A stretch of DNA of 64,000 bases. Source: a virus. The DNA lies in IMG/VR virus record IMGVR_UViG_3300031525_000001, positions 122,276-186,275 of that record; one strand, given 5' to 3'. Made by a program: the position numbers and the translations under genes. Positions 42,137 to 51,700 of the stretch are shown piece by piece (position 1 is the first letter of the stretch; each line of letters opens with the position of its first letter). The notes below the pieces were generated by a model, which did no database searches, was not told the origin of the DNA, and saw only the letters and a program-made list of their open reading frames with translations.

Positions 42137-42679
42137 ATGGCAGTCGCACCCTTCACCCGCATTGTGGTCGATAAGAAGGAGGAGGCGAAGTTCCGTCGCC
42201 GAGCCCTGAATCATTACCCATTGGAATACATGGAAGCCCTGTGGGGCAAAGTACGCAGCGATATCCTCTACATTCATGCCTTTGTGAAGGTCGATCACAA
42301 GCCCGGAAAACGCACCCTTCGGTACGAGGATTACGAGATCGATGAACATGAAGAGGACGCAGCCGAGATCGGGTTGACTTACCTCGGCACCATTCACACC
42401 CACCCGAACGCCAACGACGCCCAGTTCAGCGAAGTTGACTGTGAGCAGTCGCAGGATTCTCAAGACGTGATGATGGGTATCTGTGCCATCCAAACTACCT
42501 ATCTTGATGAGGAAACCAAGACTCAAAAGCCCCTGAACCGCAAGGTCGTCCGCGTTGAATACTGGCCTACTGTGACCCCGCTCATCGCAATTCGCCGCGA
42601 TACACCGCCCTCAAGGTCGGTCAAACGAGCCCTCAAAAGGGGCTATAAACTGGCGAAAAAGAAGAAGTCCCGCCGTTGA
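42137..42679 (+). CDS. JAB/MPN+ metallopeptidase
   Basis: N-terminal E (PLEYM) and GTIHTHPNANDAQFSEVD (HxH-x7-S-x2-D). Confidence 0.8.
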   Translation: MAVAPFTRIVVDKKEEAKFRRRALNHYPLEYMEALWGKVRSDILYIHAFVKVDHKPGKRTLRYEDYEIDEHEEDAAEIGLTYLGTIHTHPNANDAQFSEVDCEQSQDSQDVMMGICAIQTTYLDEETKTQKPLNRKVVRVEYWPTVTPLIAIRRDTPPSRSVKRALKRGYKLAKKKKSRR

Positions 42680-42700
42680 ACTTCCACTTTCTATGGTAGG
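42679..42700 (+). promoter_or_regulatory. promoter-like motif variant (AACTTCCACTTTCTATGG) and RBS-like GGTAGG
   Basis: Directly upstream of the 3883-aa ORF. Confidence 0.35.
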
Positions 42701-42708
42701 ACGCTAGA

Positions 42709-45700
42709 ATGAACCCATTGCTTCGGAAGATAGCCAAACAGCCCGCGACCACGACCTCATTCTTTGAGACAGACGGCTTTCTCTATCACGGCACCACGTT
42801 ACGAGACCTCAAGTCCATCCTGACCGAAGGGAAGGTGGAGGGGCACAGCTATTGGGGCGTGAGGGAGACGGCGGACATGTATGAGGGCGGGGCCATGTTA
42901 CGGCTGCCCGTTAGCAGGTTCAACGAAGCCTTTCTACTCCCTGACGAGAACATGATTCAAGACCCGTATTTCATGGAAGACGAGAACGGGGATTACGATC
43001 AGAAGAAAATGAACGCCACGAATCGTGCGTGGAAGGCGAGCAAGAAGACGTGGATGGATTCGCTGAAGATTTGGGGAGCGGTCATGTACGATGAGGATAT
43101 GCCCGTCACACCAGCCGATGCTATCGAAGGTCGGCAGGTTATGGCGAGCAAGACCGCAACCGAGTTGCCGCCGCTTAAGTTCACCCAACCATCGGATAGG
43201 AAGCTCGAAGACTACGAGCTAGTTTGGGTTGATACGCAAAAGTTAGATCGCGAGTGGTCGAAGGACAAACACCTGTACCTCGCTCCGGGGGATAAAACCA
43301 ATCACATCGGCGACCGCTACGCTCGCTTTACCCAGTGGCGGCAGGACAACCCCAACACCCCAGTTGAGGCTCCTATTGTGTCGTGGAGCGACAATGCGGG
43401 TGGTGAGGCGCATTTCACCAACGGTCGGCACCGCTTCTCCGTGCTCCGCGATCAGGGTTACCCAAAGGTTCAAATCATGGTGCCGCAGAGCCAAATCGAG
43501 ACGTTCAGCAAACTGGCATCCTCTTCGGTACGGGAAATCAACATCTCGGAAGATCAGGGTTCCGCAGAAGGGTACACAGCGGACACCAATGCGGAACAAC
43601 TCCAGAATTGGCTCGACCGTTTCGGCTACACGAACAAAGAGTTTGTTGCCGACCTGCGGAAGAAGTATGACACCTTCGCCGTTCTAAACAACATCAACGT
43701 ATACGAGGATTCCCGTGGCAAGGGCTACGGGGACTATCTGCTTGCCGAGTTCTTGCGAGAAGCCGGGGATCGCGGTGCGGGCATCTGTCTGTTGGTTGCC
43801 GACACCGCTGAGGAACAAGCCCAAGGCTTCAATTTGGTGGAGTGGTACGAACGCAACGACTTTGAGCAGGTTGCCTCGGTCTACGGCGGGGAACTGATGA
43901 TAATGGGCATCATGAATCCCAAGGTTGCGGCACAGAAAACCGCCGCCGATATCGGTCAGGTCAAGAACATCATTAACGAAATGATGGGCGTGCTCGCTTC
44001 CGGGCTCCCGCATCCCGAAGTCAAGATCGTAAACCAGACCAACCGTATGCTGGGGTACGATGTGTGGGAACGGGGTAGGGATGAGGCGGGTAACACTTGG
44101 GGTGCGGACAACACCACAATCGGCATTCAGAAGTCCATACTGGGGCACGAGGAATCGCTTCGCCGTACTATCGCTCACGAACTGTGTCATCATGAAGTGG
44201 CTCTGCTTATTGGGAAGCCGAAACTCATGGAAGTCGGGTTCGACGCCTACAACAAATACAAAAAGCTACTCGCACCCGAGGGACACGGCAAAGAATGGCA
44301 GGCCGTCGCCGCTCGCTTCAATGCGAAGTACGGAGCGGACTTCGTGACCGAGTTCTCCGATCAGAGTGTCATCAGCGATGAGCCAACGAAAGAATACTGG
44401 CTCCTGCTCAATAACTACGTCTACGGTCGGCACAAGCAACGTTTGGGCTGGCAATGGGCGCTGGGGCTCAGCCGTCAGGCTATGGCGTACCTCGATGGAC
44501 TCGATTGGACTTCGGGAGAATTCAAGCTGGTCAAAACGAACGACCACGTGTTTACTCGTGGGCGTGGGCGTATCAAACAATACGGCGGATGGAATCTGCC
44601 CCGCACCCCAGAGCAGGAGCAGAAAATTCAGGACCTTTGGGCGAATGCTCCGATGGCGAAGTTCGGTTGTTCCGCCGCTCAGGATGAAGCCGACATTGAG
44701 GCAGCAAAGAAAGCCAAGTCAGGTCCCCACAAAAACGCCACGTCTCAAATCAACCTGCCGCCTGATGCCGCCTCCGGGATGATGGAAGCCGCCAAGCAGA
44801 TTCCAGATGAGGAACTCGGCAAGGATGGTCGTGAGGACGATCCACACATCACAGTTAAGTACGGGGTAAAGCCCGACCCCGCTCTGTTGAGTCAAGTTGT
44901 AGGCGAGCAGCAACCGTTTACGGTCACGCTAGGGAAGACGCACGTATTCTCCGTGAGCGAAAGCTCTGACGCCCAAGCCCCCATCGTGGTTCAGTGTCAC
45001 GCTCCCGAACTTGAGGCTCTCCACAACAAGGTCGCAGAAGCGATGGGCACCCGCAAAGATGATTTTCCCTACGTACCGCACGTGACCCTTGCCTACGTCA
45101 AGCCTGACGCTGCCGCCAAATATGAGGGAATGGATTGGGCCGAGGGCATTTCCTTCCAAGTGGACAGCATCACCCTGAGTACGAAGGGTGGTGGTCAGGT
45201 TCGAGTACCTTTCGGTAAGCCGCGAAAGTCAGCATCCCACAAGACGCCGCCGATGAGCGACACGCAGTACAGGAATCCCGAGATGGGCGAGGAGACGAAT
45301 GCTTACGCCGACATCCCCGAGCGTGTGATGGGTGTGGAAGACCTGCCGTCGCTTGAATCGCTTTCACCCGACCTGTTCAAGACGGGAGCGGGCAGCGTGT
45401 ACGATCTTGATTTACAGGACGTGGTTGCTTGGGGTGGTAGCCTCAGCGAGGCACAGGGCGATTGGGATAAGATCAGGTCCGAAGCCGCTGGACGTGCGAA
45501 AGCCGAAGGCAAGGATTGGGAGAAGATGCCCGAGGCTGAGCAGGAAGTGTGGCTCGACAAGATCGGCTGGGAGTGGCTCGGGGCGACATGGGAAATCACT
45601 ATGAATCGCCTTCAATCCCTGAAGTTCCCCCTCACGGTTTACCGTGGGCTGGGCTCGGTGAGCCTTAAGGAAATCAACAAGGGTCAATACGCGGAGAAGG

Positions 45701-48700
45701 GGACTGGCATCTATTGGTCCTACGACGAGAATAACGCCTATGTGCACGAAGAACTCGCTGCTGGGCACCCGCACATCGTAATCCTGCGTGGCGTCGTGAG
45801 TTCGCCCAAGCAGATCGACTGGATTCGCACTGCCTACGTGAACCTCGTGGCAGCCGATGAGCGGGAGATCAACATTCATCCGGGTGAAGAAATCCAGATC
45901 ACGGGCTACAAATACAAAGGTGAGAAGGCGTGGAAGAATCCGCCAAAGAACCTTCGCACAGTCCGTGCGGCAGCGCAGAACTTCAAGCCCATGCCGTTCG
46001 ACAACTGGTGTGACGCGAATCCGATGTACCAGCCAGACGATTTCAACGAGGCTGAGTACCGCTACGACGAGAATGTCGCCCACTTCAGCACAGTGGACTT
46101 CCCCATCACGATCTATCGTGCGGTTCAAGTTGAGCAGGGCACGCAACCGAATTTGGAAAAGGCGGGCGTCTATTGGACGTGGGTTGAGAACAGTGCCGAT
46201 GCGTACTTTGGCTCGGGGTCAATGTGGGATCAAGGTGGTCCGCACCCGAAACATCCTCAAACCTTGATCCTCAAAGCCAAGGTACTACGCTCAACCGATG
46301 TGGACTGGGACGCGACTCTTCTTGCTAACATGCTCAACGAAGATGAAAATGAGATCACAATTGAGTCGGGCGCTGAGCTTCAATTGATTGGTATCGATTA
46401 CGGGCAAGGCTATAAGAAGCCCGCTCAGAAAAGGGTCATGGCATACGGCGACGAATCCAAGAACCTGCCTTTGCGTGGTCAGAAGGGCATCGGCGGACAG
46501 GACTTCCCTCTGATGTTCGACCCGCCGTTGTTCTCCGATGAGAAGGAAGCCGCACGGAAGATGCCGAAGTTCTACCACGGCACGGCAGCGGAGAACCTCG
46601 ACGATATCCTAAAGAACGGCCTCAAAGCCAGTAAGGACGCTGCGTCGGCAAAGATGGGAATGTTTAATCCCAACCGAGCCAACGTACAGTACAAGTCTGA
46701 GCAGGGTGTAGGTGAGTGGCAGGGCTGGAACATTGATTTCAGTGCCGATCCAGTCAAGGAACACATGCTGCCCGCATCGTTCGTTCGGAAACTGAAGGGA
46801 ATCGAGCAGAAATTCATCAACGTCGCCGATGTGGTGGAAACGCAGGGCGAGCAATGGACAACTGACAGACGTGTGGACGAGATTCACACGCAGATGGAAG
46901 CGGAGAAGTGGTTCGAAGCCATCCTCGTAGATGAGTACGAAGACCAGCCGGGGAAATACTACTTGGAAGAGGGGCATCACCGCACCCGTGCGGCTAAGAA
47001 GATGGGCAAAACGACTATTCCAGCCGTGATTATGAAGTTGGAACCCCGTAAACCCCACTGGTCGTTATCGTCAGGTATCGTCAGAAAATCGTCAGATATC
47101 GCCAAGTTTGCGTTCTTCATCGAAGTGCCGAAAGAAACCCGTGGTCATTTCTGGGACGAGCCGCCCGCGCACAATCTGGAGTTCTGGGCATTCCGAAGCC
47201 GTCCGCCAGTCCTGATGAACGAGAAGGTTTACTTCACGTTCGACAAGATGCCTGTCGCAGAGACCACCGTCCTCAAGGTTGAGAAGCCGGGTGAGTCGTT
47301 GTGCGAACTGAGCGGCAAGTACGAAGACCACTGGAAGCTTTACTGGGAACCGAAGCAGTTTGTCAAGTATGCAGGCACCACAGCGCCTACGCTGTACCAT
47401 GGCACCTGCCCCGAGAACGCTGAAGCCATCATGAAGAACGGCTGGGGGCCGAATCAAGTCTCATCGGGCGGGAACGCTGGACAGCCGCAGTACCTCTATC
47501 TCACGAACTTCCCTGAGAATGCTCAGTGGTTCGCCAATGAGAAGGGGTGCGACACCATCCTTGAGGTCCGTAACATCCCGATGTCGTATCTCGAAGTTGA
47601 TCCTGAGGACGGCACTGAGGACACCATTGAGAGAGAATTGAACTTTAGCGAGAAGGCATTCCCCGGCACGGTTGTACTGACAAAGCCACTACCTGCGGAC
47701 CACTTCAAGGTGTTCAAGAGTAAGATCGGCAGCCTGAATGAGAAGCGGAATGAAAAGTGGATTTACCACCCTGACTATGGCGCGTTCTCGCAGAAGGGAA
47801 GCATAGGCCCTCATGCAACACTGATAGCGAGAACTATGGGTGAGGGCATGTCCTCTGGGCGGAAGTACGAAGAGGTACTACGGGGCTACGCGGTGATCGA
47901 CGTGGATCAGAAAACCGTGACCTTGGCAACCCCCACAAACGAGTTGATACCTAACGACGTGGTAGACCTGTTCAAAAAGACATATCCCCACTACGCCCTA
48001 TCGATCCCAGCGGAGTCGAAAGCAATCGGTGTGACCGCCGCCATGCCGAAGAAGTGGTATCACGGCACGTCCACGAAAAATGCCGAGATTATCATGGGGG
48101 ATGGTTACCTACGCCCAGATCAGGAGACCACCTACGACATCGACATCCCGCGTGACGGGGCGGTATACATCGCAGAGTTCGACGTAGCAAACCAGTACGC
48201 TATCGAGCGCGGCGGACCCGTGCTTGAGGTAGCCGCTCCTGACATCAGTAAGCTCCTGCCCGATGAGGACGATGTTTACGAACTCCTCAATGACCGTGGT
48301 GGTGAGTTGAACGCCAAGGGTTCCGCCCAAGCCAAGCGAGTTAAGGCTTTGTGGCTCAAGCAATGGAATGACGAGAATGCTTCCTACAATGAGCCCGAGA
48401 AGTTCCCGGTCTACAAAAACTTCGAGGAAGCGTGGAAAGCATGGGGCGAGATCGAGTTCGAGGGCTCGGCAGAGCTTGCGGAGCAGATGAAGTATCTGAC
48501 CGACTACATCGTCAAGAATGACCCCAAGCTCGCTCGTGCAATCATCGAACTCAGTGGCAAGGCCGCTCACATGGGACCGCTCAAGGTCGTGCGTCAAGTC
48601 AAGACCGCCGCACCGAAGTCCATCTGGTATCACGGCACCAGCATCAAGAATCTGCGAAGCATCATGAGTCAGGGGTTAGTTCCTGAAGGTACGGAAAAGG

Positions 48701-51700
48701 TTTGGGCAGACGATCCTGATGCTGGGATATCCGCACCCAGCCGTCAATCTTACGGCGGCATTTACGTGTCACAGAACCTCATGACGGCTGCGGGAGCCCC
48801 CGATACCGAGGATAGAAAGGCTCGCGGCGGCTCGCTCGTGGTTATCATGGAGCTTCAGCCGAACACCATGTACCTTGACGAGGACAACGTTACGGGGGTT
48901 CTCGGTGCTCCAATCAAGCACATGAGCGATAACACCTTCCACGTTCTCTGCTACTACTTGGCAGCTACACAGGAAGGCGCAACCCAAGACTGGCAGGATG
49001 AGATCAGGGTGATGCGGGAAGATTACGTCCGCAAGTGTTTCACGCAATGGGAAGCCAAGTTCGCTGAACGTAAGATGCCATTCCATCCCGAACTGAAGGC
49101 TGAGCTTGAGAAGCTCCTACCCAGCGTGTGGCTAGGTGCCGTCACCCGTGCGGCGGGTCACGTCAAGGACAACTACTCCTACATTCGGGCATGGGATCAA
49201 GTCTTCTACGGCACCCCTAAGGAGAAACAACGCCCCGACATGAACACCATACTCCCCGATGCGTCCGAGGGAGAGGCGGCGTTCCGCGAAGCGGCAGAGA
49301 AGGTCACCCGTACATTGCGGCTCCTAGCCCGTCCGAACACTGAAGGAAGCCAGACATACAACATTAACACCTCCCGCATCAATGAGCCGATTGGCTTCAG
49401 CGGGTCAAACCACATTCTCGCTCTCGTAGAAGTTCGGGACCTTGAAGTGCGGGCAACCCCATCGCCAGTTCGAATGCTTCTACACTGGGGCACCATCCCG
49501 CAGGATTTCTTCAGCCAGTGGAATACAAAGTACGGCAGCAAGTATGAAGTGGTGGACGCACGCAAGGGTCAGCCCAAGGCTAAGGGCGTGGCGGCATCGG
49601 CTCACGAAGACGATCCTCAGGTCTTCTACCACGGAACCTCGTGGCAGGCCGCTCAACTGATCGACAAGGAAGGTCTGAAAGCGAGCGACAACCGTCTGAC
49701 AGGCGGCAAGAAATACATCTGGTGCGCCATCGCGGAGTTCGCGGCGAAGGAATACGGTGCGAGTGTGACGGACAGCGACCAGTACGCCGTGATCGAGTTC
49801 ATCTGGGATTACGGCAAGAGCGAGCCTGACCCGGAGCATTTCGAGGAAGGCGACATGTACCGTCGCATTGAGGGCGATATCTCTCGGCAGAACATCACCG
49901 CCATCAAGTATTTCGATGGTGGGCGGATCGTCAAGACGGCTGGGTTTGAGGAAGAAATCAAGATCACCACGGCACCAGACGGGCGAATTACCGCCAAACA
50001 CGTCGATGGAAGTGCTTCCGGCACCATGGAAGACCGCGAGGGGCTGGTTAAGTGGTTTGATTGGAGCACTTTACCCAAAGGTGGGGCTGGAATTTACGAC
50101 AAAGCCTTCGTTTTGGGCACCGTAAGCGTCAAGGTCGCGACACGTCGTAATGGGCTCGGCAGGGCGCTTGTAGGGGCTGTGCTCGACGCAGCGAAGGCTC
50201 AGGGTGCCCAAGTGTGCTTCTTGCTCGCTCATTCGCTCACAGGGCTCTCTGGGAAGGAATTAAGCTCCTTCTACAACAGTCTGGGGTTCCAGCCCTACGT
50301 GATCGACCCGCCGCCACGATGGTTCGACAGCAGCACCGCAGGCATCTTCATGAAGAAGCTGGCAGGCGTGGCAAAGCTCGCCGCCATGAACCGCATTAGC
50401 CAGCAGGACGCCGTTGACCGCAAGATGTTCGGCCCTGTCTACCATGGCACCACCGAGGAGAAGCAGGAGAACATCGGGAACGAGGGCTTCAAGGTCTACA
50501 TCGGGGACGCGGGATCGGGCGACGTTGCCCACGGTTACGAAGGTAACCAACCCTACCATGACGGCATCCCAGCCCCCGTGCACCATCTGGGTTACGGCGT
50601 GTACTTCACGACCGCCAAGGCTATCGCCAAGCAGTTCGCAGGCGGCACCACGCGGGGCATGAAGACCTACTACCTCGACGTGCCACGGCTGGAGACCATC
50701 AACTTCGGAGTGCCGAAGACCATGATGAAATGGTGGATCAGTCAGGGCTACAACGCGGACCTCGCCAAGAAGAATCGCGTGGAAGCGACCAAGCCGATGA
50801 CCGAGCACCTGAAGGCTCAGTTTGACGCCGTATGGTTCAAGGGCAAGGGCATGTACAAGCTGCTCGACGGCGATCAGATTTGTGTGTTTGACGCGAGCCA
50901 CATCTATGAAGTGGACGCTGCCATGTCTAAGCCGGGTGACATCGGCTCCAAGGTCACTCGTAAGGCTGATGGGATGAAGGGTGTCATCAAGAACATCCGC
51001 AGCATTCCGCCTGATGTGGCACAACAGTATCACGGTGGGGCTGACAAGTTCTACGAGATCAAGTGGGCGAAGGGCGGCACCGACCATAACGTCTATGCCC
51101 GCGACATAGACTTCGTTGGGGCGAAGGCTCAAGGTGCAACGGCGTCGATGAAGATCGCCGAAGGATTCAATAATGAGGGCTTCTGGGCGGGCGAGGGTAA
51201 CGCCGCGTCTGGCGTGCTGCCGATCTGCACCACCACTGGTCGCATCTGTCTCGCGTGGCGGTCACCCGATGTTCACATCGGCAATTGCTGGGGCACCATC
51301 GGTGGAGCGGTCAAGCCAAAGATGAGCCTCGCGGACAGTGCCAAGGCCGAACTAACGGAAGAGACGGGCTTCACGGGCGGCATCACCATGCACCCAGCTT
51401 ACGTATTTTCAAAGGGCGGCTTTTCCTATCACAACTTCCTCGGCACCGTGGGTACGGAGTTCCGCTTCGCCCCGCAGTCCGAACATCACTGGGAAACCAC
51501 GGGTCTAGAATGGTTCACGTGGGTAGATATTCAGGAGATGGTGAAGGATAACGCCAGCGATTTCCACCCGGGACTCATCAGTTTGTTCAAGAGCGACGGC
51601 AAGAAGATCGAGCAGCTTCTCGGTAAGCCCAAGACGGCTTCGGACGACGACGGGGATATGCCGAACATGCTTCAGGTCTTCCCCGAACGTCCCGATGTGA

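Noticed and set aside
42137-42679. JAB gene as a lambda gpK-like tail assembly protein
   Set aside because: No NlpC/P60 domain, no neighbouring gpL/gpI/gpJ-like genes, and it is far from the tail-like genes.
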